From Sarea resinae (Eukaryota), in NCBI GenBank assembly GCA_026026165.1, contig JAPEUD010000049.1:174309-194308 (forward strand): a stretch of 20,000 nt of DNA. Direction: 5' to 3'. The notes under the pieces were generated by a model. That model was not told where the DNA came from. It worked only from the letters and a program-made list of their open reading frames with translations, and made no database searches. The translations under genes and the position numbers were made by a program. Positions within the stretch are counted from its first letter, which is position 1. Each line of letters begins with the position of its first letter. Below, piece by piece: positions 1 to 11,084 of this stretch.

Positions 1-82
1 AGCTCGTCCACGCGAGAAACATGGTCAAGGGAAACAATCTGAATAAACGACTGGAAACCGTGCTTCGAGACCGAGTAAACAT

Positions 83-1237
83 TTAGGTGGCAGGCAAATT
101 CTTCATGTCGCCTTTTCCGTCTTGAATCCATTTAGGATCAATGAGTCTCTCCTTCTCCGCATAAAGATTCTTGTATGCAGTTCGAATAGTGCCGTCGCTA
201 ACGCCGGCTACAGCAGAAATCTCTTTCGGCGTCTTCCCGTGCTTCATCAAATAAGATGCCATGTAGATACAGGCTGCTGCTGCTGAGATGGGGGAACGGC
301 CTGCAAGAGCCCCAATCAAAGACATTTTCTCAGCTAGTCCTTCGGCGACCATCATGCAAACAGAGGGCAGACCAAGCTGACTGCAATACCGCGAGCACAG
401 GTCTTTAGCGTTTGTTGAAGTTGTTGTGGTGTAGGAGTCGTTGGGGTTGACGACTCCTATATCGATATAGATTAGATCAAATTCTACAAGTCAGATGGGG
501 CAATTTTCAAACTTACCGCCTCCTTGAACTAGCAAATCTTGTTGCTTCTTGTTTTCGATGGTAAAAAATTTCTCCAGGTGTTTGAAAATGCGTCCAATTT
601 CTTTCTTTGATACATTGGTCACCCGAAAGATGTCTTGAAAGGTGCGATTCGCATTTGTCTGCCGGCAGCCAATAAAAAGACAACCAGCAATCACAGCGTC
701 GGTAGATTTGCCTTTGAAAGCCTTTGCATCATCGACCTTCTTAAAGAGCTGCTTGGCAGCGTCCGAAGCGGTCTTAGGAATTGCTAGTTTGTCACTATAC
801 GCGCCAATTTCCTTGTATGCTGCCAGTAGGTTCTTGGTATCTTTATCGTGAGTAGACTTGTTCTGAGCGCGGTGGAGTTCGCGGCTTCTGCTTCCACCGT
901 CACCGAACGAGATGGTTGTCTCCAACTGCGAGCCATTCAGTAAGGGATTTGCCGCATCTCCAACACGTGACGGGTCATCATTCCCTTGGTCGTCATTCGA
1001 AAAAGTGCGCCATTCTGATCGAGTATCCACAATACGATCTCCCAGGACTAGGCCACAAGATCCACACACCATGTCCCCGGAGGAGAACTCTTCGACGAGG
1101 TTGGGTGGGAACTCCTTACAATCGCGACAGATCATCTGCATATTGAGATTCTCCCTCCAAGGTTCTTCGGCCATCACGGGTCTCGTCACATCAGGGCGGT
1201 CCCCCGGATTGGGCACTTGAGCTATCGCTGCTGTCAT
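83..1237 (-). CDS. SUA7: Transcription initiation factor TFIIB; 2 exons (1237-517, 456-83), intron 516-457, about 364 aa
   Basis: N-terminal Zn ribbon CRDC...CGSCG, B-reader motif EWRTFSNDD...DPSRVG, and cyclin-fold repeats ending GRSPISAAAACIY...GVSDGTIRTAYK. The 60-bp intron GTAAGT...CTAAT...TAG joins the two ORF-track pieces in frame (QGG-G-VVNPND). Confidence 0.97.
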
Positions 1238-2310
1238 CTTGACTGTAACTTTGACCTGATTCTTTCGATGAGCGTGTTCGCGTCTCCTCTTGATGGATTT
1301 CGAAGAGGTTGAAAGGTTGAGCTTTTTTGCGCAATGACGGATAAAGAGAGGAGAATACAGCTTGGCGACTGATCGACACTTATGCCAAACGGCAGCAGGA
1401 GAGAACGAAGTGAGTTGGTGGCCGCGTCCTCTGCGGTCGCCACTAGCTCATCAGAGTCAGCCAGCTAATTCGGGAGAGGCAGACTTGATCGCGAACTCGA
1501 TAAACAAGATGCTATGCGAAATGTGCTCAAGAATGCGCCATGAAAGCCAGCTCGGATCTCATTATTACCTTCTATGGTGATGTGGCGCGATGATGCGTTC
1601 CAATCAAACAACAAAGACCCACGGAGGATAGAATCAAAGTGAGATGCGGGGTTTGGTGAATTGCGACTGGAAGGGTGAGCTGCTGCTTGTCCGACCGCTT
1701 CAAGCCAGTGAAGGCGTCCGTTAGAAACCGAGAAGCATCAGGTCCGTAACAGAAGGTCGGTCAGATACGTCTTTCTTCCAAGTTTAAAGAAACAGGCGAG
1801 GCTGTAGTCTATCTTTGTCTCTTAAGAACAGACGTGCTCCGTGCGCAGCAGTACAGCAGGTGGCGAGAAGAAGTGAAGGATGAAGCATTACAAGTCGTCT
1901 AGACTCGAGTGACTACCTATGAGTGAGTCGCTTGCGTTGCGGCTCTTAGGTTCTTTGTTTGAAGGTTGCCTTAGATTTGTCAGCACATTTCCCCAACTCG
2001 GTCTCCAAGTCGGCGACTGCATCTGTGTAGGTAAGGTACCCAGCAGTACTGCGCAGTACTTTCAATTCGGGTAGAGTTCCGTGTATCTGCCAAGGAGACG
2101 AACCCTATCAGCTGTACTGGGGCGGCTCAGAGTACAGAGTACCTAGTACGAGGTACTGGAGAACCTTTAGCCGAAGAAGGCTCTCCTGCCGACAAACCAC
2201 CACCACCAAGACCATATCTTACCGACCTCGAGCCTTCCGCTTCATTTCCAACAATCTCAGTCCCGTCTTGCCGCTGTGGTTTCAATTGAGCTTCATTCGC
2301 CTATCACACC
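1238..2310. promoter_or_regulatory. Shared divergent intergenic region (5' UTRs and promoters) of TFIIB and ATP14
   Basis: The two start codons point away from each other, about 1.07 kb apart. No specific binding sites or transcription starts can be assigned. Confidence 0.5.
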
Positions 2311-2812
2311 ATGTTCTCACAATCACTCAGAGCTTCGGTATGCTACTATAGCTTTTTGCTTGCCTCGGCTGGTCGAATGCTTACTGACCGACACATCTAG
2401 CGCTCGTCCTTGGCCCGTGTCGCTCGGCAGCAAATCATCCTTCCCCGGCGGACATTCATCACTCCTACCGCCATCCGACAAGGTAAATATACTCATTTCC
2501 TTTGCGAGCATATTCAAGGACTCTGATGCTGATGGAATGCCATGCATAGCCGATCTCGTGCAGGATTTATATCTCAAAGAGCTCAAAGGCTACAAGCCGC
2601 CGCAAGTCAAGCCATCCGATGCCGAAGGTCACGTCCAGAAATTTACTGCCCCAAAGGCGCCGCAATCTCCGGAAGAAAGTGACCTGGCCAACGATTTGAA
2701 GGCTTATGAGGATCAGCAGGTGGAGGTAGAAGGTCAGGCTGCTGCTGGAGAAGCCGCTACACAAGAGGAGGATTGGTTTGTAGAGGAGGAGGAGGCTGCT
2801 GCGGCTCACTAG
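2311..2812 (+). CDS. ATP14: Mitochondrial F1Fo ATP synthase subunit h; 3 exons (2311-2337, 2401-2482, 2550-2812), about 123 aa
   Basis: Spliced product MFSQSLRAS-RSSLARVARQQIILPRRTFITPTAIRQ-ADLVQDLYLKELKGYKPPQVKPSDAEGHVQKF...EEDWF. It has an Arg-rich presequence and the DLVQDLYLKELK motif. Introns are GTATGC...CTGAC...TAG and GTAAAT...CTGAT...TAG. Confidence 0.95.
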
Positions 2813-3828
2813 GCGCACACTCATTGGGTAATCTGAAGAGAACCCCTGTATATTGCGATGCGGTCTTTATTTTAAGCAATTTTCAAAATAAGAAGGATCT
2901 CTCGGTCAGCCTTCTATCAATACCAGATCGTAGACGTGGTAGCAACAATCAGCTTCATGTCAGTCAATTGGTTGACATCAACGGCAGTGTGCTTGTCTCA
3001 ATGCCATCACGCCGAGAAGGACAAGCCGTCTGTCACGCATCCGGGAATACCTCGATGCCTGTGCCTGTTGAAGCCATAAATCCATATCTTCTAACGCACG
3101 ATGTATAGTCGATATCGTGTATGTTGTTGATGGAGTCATTTACTTAGTCTATCAGAGCTCGCCCCATAATCCGCTATAAAGAGTCCCCATCCCGCCAACG
3201 GGCTCAGCATTGTTCTCCAGGCGATAAGGCAGGTTCCTACCTCAGCCGGTAAATAAGGCACAGCAGAGCATGACTGAGGTGGTTGCCCGCTATCGTAGCG
3301 CGGAAATGGAGACATCATCTATCATGTCCAGCGATGGCTTAGTACCTACCTACCTTTGCCTTACTCTGTTGTGTCGTATCTGATAATTGAACCCATTAAT
3401 TCCAAAGTACCGTTTTGATCCATCATTGTTCTGGACAACGTCAATTGAAGTGGAGAGTACTAAACTTGAGATTCGAGTCCGTCTCTCTGGTGGACTCACC
3501 GGTGTCTCTATCCTCTTAATTCTTCTCCGCGACAAAGGTTTCTATCTGACAGCCCTTGGCAGGATTGACCCTATTGCGGGACACTCCTCCTATATGGCCC
3601 AAACCTCTGAAAATTTATATCAACGTTGCCCACACCCGCGGGTAGGTAGGTAAGGTAAATACCTACAGTGCTCTCTTTAATGATCCTATACCTACCTCCC
3701 CGTCAGTAGAAGACTACCTACCTTCTTACTCAGTGTATTTCTGAGCTTGAGAGGTTACTACTCGGAGTACGGGTAGTGCAAAGTAGGGGTACATAGTACT
3801 CCGTACATAGGTGGATGAGGATCTCCAG

Positions 3829-3963
3829 TTACCTCAGCATGCTCAGACCACATCACGTGGATCCGGATTAACATCCGGCCCGTTCGCGGGCATTCTATAC
3901 CCGCAACTGTACTCTGCGAAGATGTGGTCTGAGGCAGATTTCCTGACGTTGGCGGTGCCACGC
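3829..3963. repeat. Left terminal structure of the DNA transposon (outer TIR, branched foldback, inner IR)
   Basis: The 13-bp stem CTCAGACCACATC (3842-3854) / GATGTGGTCTGAG (3921-3933) encloses hairpins CCGGAT-taac-ATCCGG (3863-3878) and GTT(c)GCGGG...CCCGCAAC (3882-3907). Confidence 0.85.
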
Positions 3964-4673
3964 GGGAGTTTTCATTAATTTTCACAGTGTAAGGAAAAGG
4001 TCAACGTGAATAACTCACTGAATATAGCTCTATATAGCTTTAGAATCTAATCACTTATGAAAAATATATAAGAGTACAACCTATACTAGTTTGTTTGATT
4101 TCCTAGGACCTAGTTTAAGATATCTTATGCTTTAAAGTGAAATCTAAAAATAGCATATTTTGCCCTTTAAGCGCCTTCTTGACACTGACTTTTGTTAAGC
4201 TACTACAATTTTACTAGTAGTTAAGGTACGTACCTTTTCAGGCCCTTATCTTTAAACTCTGCTCCTATATACATACTAATTTAGATTTATTGTGAGGACT
4301 GCAAACAGGCAAATCAGTACCCAGCTGAGTCAAAAAGACTACTATAACTAGCCCCTAGGCTAGTTATACCTATTTACCTACTATATAGCAGCAGTTGTCA
4401 CCTAACGTAGGGAACTGCACTGTCGGCACGTTCCGCGGCACTTACTACCAGTACGTAGCTACGTACTCTGGTGGCCCCCTCAGGTACGTTGCGCAAGTAC
4501 CTCTGTACCTCAAGTACCTCTGTACCTGCGCTCCTGACATTTATCTAGAAATCTAATCACTTATAGAGAAGAAGTAGAGCTTTAATATTAGCTAAAATCA
4601 TTTATATAAAGTGTTGTAGTTAAAGAGATCTTATGCTTTAAAGTCAAAAATTATTGCTTCTAACACATATTCT

Positions 4674-4793
4674 GCGTGGCACTCACAAAGTCAGGCAAAA
4701 GTGCCTCAGACCTCTGGCTGGTCAATTGCCTAATTAGGCAATAGTGGTCCGTGCGGACCACCGACCAAGCGAGGTCTGAGCATGCTGAGGTAA
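4674..4793. repeat. Right terminal structure of the DNA transposon (inner IR, branched foldback, outer TIR)
   Basis: The 10-bp stem CTCAGACCTC (4705-4714) / GAGGTCTGAG (4771-4780), extended by GCTGGTC/GACCAAGC, encloses the palindrome ATTGCCTAATTAGGCAAT (4725-4742) and hairpin GTGGTCCG-tg-CGGACCAC (4744-4761). Confidence 0.88.
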
Positions 4794-5507
4794 GATCTCC
4801 AGTGGGATCGCATCCGTGATTCGTCATGCATCCGCAGTGCGGCCGAGGGCGCTTTCTCGCATGCCCAGACCCTGTCAACCCTGGCTTGGCTGCTCAAACG
4901 CTCATACGACAGGAGTACTTTAGTGCAGCCTGTGCTAGGAGTAATAGTACGGAGTACTCCAGCTGTGCAGCACTCTACTCCGTATGCACTGGATTAGTCG
5001 CATTTCATTACTATTTATTACTTTCTCACCTACGGCAATTGTGCGCTACTACTTCCCTTTCCGTGCTATTGAAGGACTAGGACTACGCTGCGCTCGCTCA
5101 GCCTACCTGGCTTACCTGGCATATCTCATGCCCAAATTCTCCTCTCCCGTCATTTTCACATTCATTTACAGCTGAGGACAGTCTCTGCGGCCCAAATTTA
5201 ATAAACGTTATTGCCTCGTTCTACTTGTGGTCTGGTCTTACCTAGGTGGATCTGCGCTCGCTCGGACCAAGACGTCAGGCATCACGTTCCGCCAGCTCCC
5301 TCGAAGTTTGCCTGCGAAAGACGTTCTGAAATCAGCCTATTCTGTATACTATCAGACTCGAATACCCACCAGTCGCTTCCGCCTAGGTATATATGAACAT
5401 CAGCATTCTGGCTGGACCATGAATGCTTGATACTTGCGAGAGGAGAGGGTCACGACAAAACGTCCAATCTTATCGTGGCATGGAAGGCAAGGGTGTGTCC
5501 CACTGAA

Positions 5508-8500
5508 ATGGCCTCGAGCACTTCTGTATTAGGCCATGCTGTGGATATATCGGGGTCAGCTCGTGATCGAGGCCCGCGTTCTTTGAGAAATGAACAGAAT
5601 GAACTGCCGCGCTCTGCAAGCTACACTTATCTTCCGCTTGATCCAGAGTCCAATTCGGATGATCCAACGAACTTTCCAGTCAAGCGCACCTTCTCCGAAA
5701 ACGTTGTTCCGTCACCGAATGGCGAGGAAGAAGGCGTCGTTTCGTCGAAAAAGACATCAAAAAAGAAATCCAGGCGCGGCATCTCGCCCTTCGGCAGACG
5801 GAAATCATCTCAGGCTGATGCCCAATCGAAGATAACCATATCTAAGTTCGCCCGGTCTTCTGGATGCCCCGACGGAGACACTTCCTATGAGTCCAAAACA
5901 ACGGGGAAGGGGCAAGGAGTACAGCCCGATCCAAAATCTCACTCCAGGCCAGGATCGCTCTCAAACTTTGCGCGCAAGTCCTGGATCTCAGCATCAAGAT
6001 CGCCCTCCCCAAGTAAAACGGAGGAAGATGGAAATATTGAAGACGACGATCGGTCCACCTTACGCAGCTCAATATCTTCGACGGGTCGACGAAAATCCTT
6101 TTCAATTCGTAACGACTCCCTATCTCCACCAAAGGACGCACCTACCGGAGAAGGTAGAGGTCTCGTGAGAAGAGGTACTGGGCTGATCAGGACTTCCAAA
6201 AGACCTCTAAGTGCAATCTTGAAAGGCTCTTCCACGGACGCGTACTCGGGAACCCTCCCTGCCGTGCCGTCCATTCCAAAATCCTTCTCAACGGATAGGC
6301 TTCCTTCGTTTGGCAAGTCTCATCCGTCGTCTGAGAGGCTGCCCCCCGTCCCCAGGTCTCACTCGTCAGAGCGTTTACATGGCTTCGGGCTTCTTGATAG
6401 TCCCCGCAAGAAAGATGAGCTGTGGTCTGCCTTCCGAGGACTCGACGGCGATTTTCAAAAGTAGGCTTCTTATGGACACGTCTGCTAGCATTCGAAGGAT
6501 TGAATTAACTAGCAATAGGTTCCAGTCCAAATCGAGTTCCTTGAAAGCTAACGTTGTTCGAATGTCATTGTTACCCTTCCTCAGAAATTTTGCTCAGCAC
6601 CCTTCGAACAAGATGCTCCGCCCAGAAGACTTGGACCGGAGAATCATCATTCTCAACAAGTGGTGGACAGGACTTCTTGAACTATTAAACGGCCGGACCA
6701 ACCAGTCAATATCAGGAACTGATAGACCTGCTCTTCTAGAGGCAATAGCTGGAATCATGGAGAGACCTGAATGGCGTCTTCCACCATCTTCGTTCTCTCC
6801 ATTAAAAGAAAGGTCTGTAAAGAGTTCTACGCAGTCGCGATCATCAACATCGGTTGAATCATCTGCATCGGAGTTCCTTGCAGAATCGGTCTACCACAAT
6901 GTCCGCAATACCTACGTCCAGAATCTTCTTGCTCAAATGACGTTAGTAATAGAGAAGATGTCCCTTAGGAATGCGCCGGCCAGTCTAGTCACCTTCTGTG
7001 GGAAAGCCTGTGCATACGCATTCTTCTTCTGCCCTGGCGTTGCAGATGTTCTCGTACGACTGTGGAGCACATCGTCGAGCAGCATGCAGCGCATCTTGGA
7101 AGAGTATGGTATTCCACGAATTTCGGATCTGAAAGCCGTCTCCGAGACCATCGTGCCGGGATTTCCTCCGTGTTTAAGCTCTCTAGGATTTGTGTCTCTT
7201 GCTTCGACAGTCAAAACCCTTCGAAAGGGTTCTCCGCTCCCTTTGGGCGCTTCAAACATTCCTTGGTACGGACCTTGGGTAGCTCGATGGTCTGGACGTG
7301 ACAGTGACCTATTTTTTGTTTTCGTGAAACATTTCCATATCCTTCTTGCGGAATTCCTTCCGTCGGACGCGGGAATGGAGGAGAAGATTTGCGCTCCGGG
7401 CTTCATTCTCGTCCTGGCGCAGATGGCAGAGGTCTTAGATTCGACGATTCATCGACGCAATAGTCAGATGCCCCAGGAGCCGTCAGCCGGTCCATCACCA
7501 ATAACTTTTGAGGACGTCCTTGCAGAAACTGACGTCTCGGCAACAACTCTTCCCCTTCCTACGTCGAATGCTACTAGGTCCATGGCCGAAAATCGTCTGA
7601 TAATGCTCTTACGCGAATTACTTTCGGATAGATACGCAGATCTCCAAATGGCGCGCGAGACGTTCGCTGACGCTTTCAACATTGTCCTCAAAGCTTCGGC
7701 TCGTAGGACATCTATTTTTGATCATGGCGCATGTTTCACCCTGTGTGATTTTTTGGAAGAAGCTATTGGAATATTGGAGAGATATGAGCGATTTTCACAA
7801 CCTTCACATCGCGCGATTGATTGGTCATTCTGGTTTGACGTTTTCAGACATATGACGGAAAGTCAGAATATGATGACAGATATACGGCTGTTTGCATTCC
7901 TTTATAGCATATGGGGGTTGATCGCAAGCGATGAAGAACGAAAGCGCGAGCTATGTATCGGATGGCTATTGAGCGGTGAGGTTTTTGAGAAATATTTCAA
8001 CCATTGGTGTCCGATGGTTCGAGCATATTACATGCGATTGCTCTGTTGGCGGTTGGCGAGAGTTGACGGAGAGGGCTCGGCTCTTGACACGTAGGTATGG
8101 CCTATTTCTCTAGTCGGCATCTGCTAACAGAACTTTGAAGTGATATTTTTGTCGTTCTCTCTGGCCGACTCAATTCTATCTGGTCGTACTTCCTTCATTT
8201 AAGGGCCATTTCAGAATCAGATAAGATACTGGCCCCATCAACGGCACCGTGCAATCCAGCCCCGGGGCGCCGTTTCCTTATCATCAGAAATGATAGTCAG
8301 CTAGCCCCCAGGGGAATGTTCCTCTCCTTTGAAGGTGTTGTTCCTCCGTCGGCCAAAAAACAGCCCAGTGCTTTCGAACAGCATGTTTCTGCTGATCAAG
8401 GTTCTCAGGAGGAGCTTGAAAATGGCTCAAAAGCCATAGCGTTTGGGAACGGGGCAGGGTCCGCTCCTGCTTCGAGTCAGGGAAGAAGACGATGGGGACT

Positions 8501-9032
8501 CTTACGAAACATCATGCCTTTCAATTCATCCAACGAGCGATCGAATTCGAAGCAGGCCGGGTCTGTATCTCTTCAGTCAGACATTTCCAGCCAAACATCT
8601 GGTTCAGACAACGAAGGAGAGAAATCATCTTCCAATCAAACAGTGACAAAGGCAGTCAGCAAAGGTCTTTCGTCAAGCACAAAGCCTCAGCATTATCATC
8701 AATTCCGCAACTTTTCATTTCGGTTTTCTCTGGAGTGGATTGAGTCCGCGCCTGGCGCCGGGAAAGAAAGAAGGCTTTACCCACCACGGCTTCCGATGCC
8801 TGCGCAGAACCTTTTGCAATTGACACAAAAGGAACCAGACGAGATCCAACCAGCCCAACCTACTGGTCGGTCGGTCGCTTTCAGCAGATACGCAGGAAAG
8901 GCCCTTGCAGAGTGGGCATTAGTCGTTATAGAATGTCAGAACTTCTTCGAGCGTAGAAAAAGCGAAGGGGTTCCGGAGAACAAATGGGTCGAGACTCCCT
9001 CTCTAGGGGTAGAAAGCGTCCGGAGACATTGA
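5508..9032 (+). CDS. Conserved fungal DUF1765 / UPF0592-family protein; 3 exons (5508-6460, 6519-8090, 8141-9032), about 1138 aa
   Basis: Three ORF-track segments join in frame through introns 6461-6518 (GTAGGC...TTAAC...TAG) and 8091-8140 (GTAGGT...CTAAC...AAG). Motifs recognised from memory: LNKWWTGLL, CGKACAYAFFFCPGVA, YFNHWCPMVRAYYMRLLCWR, YAGKALAEWALVVIECQNFFERR. The N-terminus is Ser-rich and probably disordered. The start codon is less certain. Confidence 0.85.
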
Positions 9033-9610
9033 TTGGTCGATTTGCGCGGACTTCACTTGCATAATTCCTCTGAGCTTCCTTGGTTGAATTGGCATGTATC
9101 ACTATTGCGGGGAACTGGGACAATTCTATGCATTGGGAAGGAGTTTTGTTCTCTGCTCGAGAAGCTGGTTTTTAAATTCTTTTTTTTTCCAACGCAGCTG
9201 CGGTGCATTTCATCCATTTTTATCAACGATAGATATAGTGTGTAGATTGGGCCATAGCATTTAGCCAGCGATGTAATTATCTGGGTCTATATGAGCTTCG
9301 ACATTGCCGAGATTCCAGGTCGATTCCCTTTTCGCCTACAATCATATAGCTTATAGGAGTCCGCACAAAATGTAATGTTTCGGTATATAAGACAAGACGC
9401 ATTTTTTTAGAGTAAGCGCCTGGACTACCAACTTTGGTGTCGTAGTATTACTTACCCATGTCCTTGGAGCCTGGCCTTTCACAACCCAAGCGGATTCGGA
9501 TTACGACCAGCGCAAACCCCATCTACCAGAAAACACTCCTCTAACGCCCTGTCCGTCTACTTGATATGCGATCGTCCTCTAAGTCCGACAAATGTGCATG
9601 ATATCAATCA

Positions 9611-10976
9611 ATGCCTGACGCCATGTCGTCGTTCGGTGATGACGAGACGGCCGAAGGAGACGAGGTATCAGAATTTGAGACAGGAGGGGAAAGTTCAAAT
9701 CCTCTACAGCAAGCCAATAGGTAAGCCGTTCAACTACAATATCATATATCGGAAGGGCTTTGTTCATCGATTTAAGCCTTTTAAAAGTATTTGATGCTGC
9801 CAAGAAAGCACAACGACCAGCTTACTTTGCGGCACCTATGGTCCGGTGAGTCAAAGCCCGCAGGTGTCGGCGCCTATATACTTATCTTAATATCCTTTCT
9901 CCTTTTAGGTACAGTAAGCTGCCTTTCAGAGCTCTAGTACGCTCTTACAATGTGGATGTTTGCTATACTCCGATGGTAAGAGCTCTCCGCATCCATCACT
10001 CGAGGATATCTTACTCTCATGCACTGCGATCCCAGATACTAGCCAAGGAATTTAATCGCAGCGAATTGGCTAGAGATAGCGGTACGTATTTCATTCCACT
10101 GAATATGTCTTGCTAACCAGTCGTCAGACTTCACCACAAATGCCGAGGACAGGCCACTTGTAGTTCAGTTTGGAGCAAACTCTGGCGAGGAGCTTTCTCG
10201 GGCGGCTGAGTTGGTTCAGCCATATTGTGATGGTATTGACTTGAATTGTGGCTGCCCCCAGAGTTGGGCCTGCCAGGAAGGCTTAGGTGCTCACCTCATG
10301 GAGGATAAGCGTAAGGTCCACGATATGATTAGGGCTGTGAAGGTCAGATGCGGACAGAGCTTCTCTGTCAGCGTCAAGATTCGAGTTCACGCTGATCTCA
10401 AGTATCCAAATTATTGGCCCATCATGCTGTTAAATAACGCTGATCGTCGTTCAGGCGTACCGTCGAATTCGTAAGGGCAGTTGAGGCGGCTGGAGTTGAT
10501 TATATCGGCTGCCACGGTCGGCGTAGAAGCCAAAAAAGCAGTGAGCCGGTCGACCTTGAAGCTATTCGACTAGTAAAGGAGGTTGCTACAGTCCCTATTG
10601 TCGCTAACGGCGATGCCTTCAGTCTGGAGGAGGCGGACTACATCGCCAGCCTGACTGGTGCGAACGGTTCGCAGATCTAATCTCTGCATTGTGGGGTGCT
10701 CGTGCTGATCAAACTTTAGGGGTCATGTCTGCTAGAGGGCTCCTGGAGAATCCTGCGCTTTTCGTTGGCCACGGACAAACACCTTGGGACACAATAGAGA
10801 GATTTCTAGGTCTTGCTGTTCGGTATCCCTTGCCTTACAGGCTCGCATTACATCACATATCTGAGATGGGAGCCAAGATGCTCTCTCGTCAAGATAAAGC
10901 AGAGATGCTTGATAATCGTGATATGCTTAGCCTTGTTGACTGGCTAGAGTCTAGGTCTAAGATCAAGAGACTATAA
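9611..10976 (+). CDS. DUS4: tRNA-dihydrouridine(20a/20b) synthase, Dus4-like; 7 exons (9611-9720, 9777-9845, 9909-9975, 10036-10081, 10128-10401, 10455-10666, 10720-10976), about 344 aa
   Basis: Spliced product contains APMVRYSKLPFR, YTPMILAKEF, DRPLVVQFGAN, GIDLNCGCPQSWA (catalytic Cys), SVKIR, HGR, VANGD and GVMSARGLLENPALF. All six introns are GT-AG and preserve frame. Exon 1 and the start codon are the least certain parts. Confidence 0.92.
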
Positions 10977-11084
10977 CTTAAGTGATGTTTTAGATTTATA
11001 GTGGTTTAAGTAATACTATAACAAGACGTTCTATTTAATTAGAAGAATTTAGAAATCATAGTAAATATTAGAGAGTAGTATTAA

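Larger units (their letters stand above)
3829..4793. mobile_element. Non-autonomous TIR DNA transposon (MITE-like, 965 bp) with 9-bp TSD; superfamily unassigned
   Basis: Perfect 21-bp TIRs TTACCTCAGCATGCTCAGACC (3829-3849) and GGTCTGAGCATGCTGAGGTAA (4773-4793). Identical direct repeat GATCTCCAG immediately outside both (3820-3828, 4794-4802). An inner imperfect inverted repeat pairs 3926-3963 with 4674-4712. The interior is TpA-rich (RIP-like) and has no ORF. Confidence 0.92.

Noticed and set aside
642..1580. Several short ORFs overlapping or upstream of TFIIB, and an ATG-less open frame about 210 nt 5' of the TFIIB start
   Set aside because: These are antisense or shadow frames with no recognisable motifs, and there is no evidence for a non-AUG extension.
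2276..2812. 178-aa ORF-track protein starting at GTG 2276
   Set aside because: It reads through two introns. The spliced 123-aa ATP14 model explains the region.
2773..3653. Short ORFs of 60-111 aa downstream of ATP14
   Set aside because: No recognisable domain or coherent exon structure; likely chance ORFs in 3' UTR and intergenic DNA.
3842..3933. Branched fold as a tRNA or other ncRNA gene
   Set aside because: No T-loop/B-box consensus (GTTCRA) or proper 7-bp acceptor stem, and the fold is mirrored at the opposite transposon end.
3926..4712. Inner inverted repeat as an independent nested transposon
   Set aside because: Its flanks (GAAGATGT and TCTGGCTG) show no TSD, and its terminal GGTCTGAG motif is shared with the outer TIR, so it is part of the same element.
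3340..5000. Many GTAC, TACCT and TACTCCGTA-type words in intergenic DNA
   Set aside because: Low-complexity motifs common in filamentous-fungal intergenic regions, with no regular spacing; not a CRISPR-like array.
8128..8130. CAG at 8128-8130 as the acceptor of DUF1765 intron 2
   Set aside because: It overlaps the branch site and breaks the frame. AAG at 8138-8140 restores the conserved reading frame.
9458..9544. ATG 9458 as the DUS4 start
   Set aside because: It reaches TAA after 28 codons with no convincing splice into the DUS4 frame; at most a uORF.
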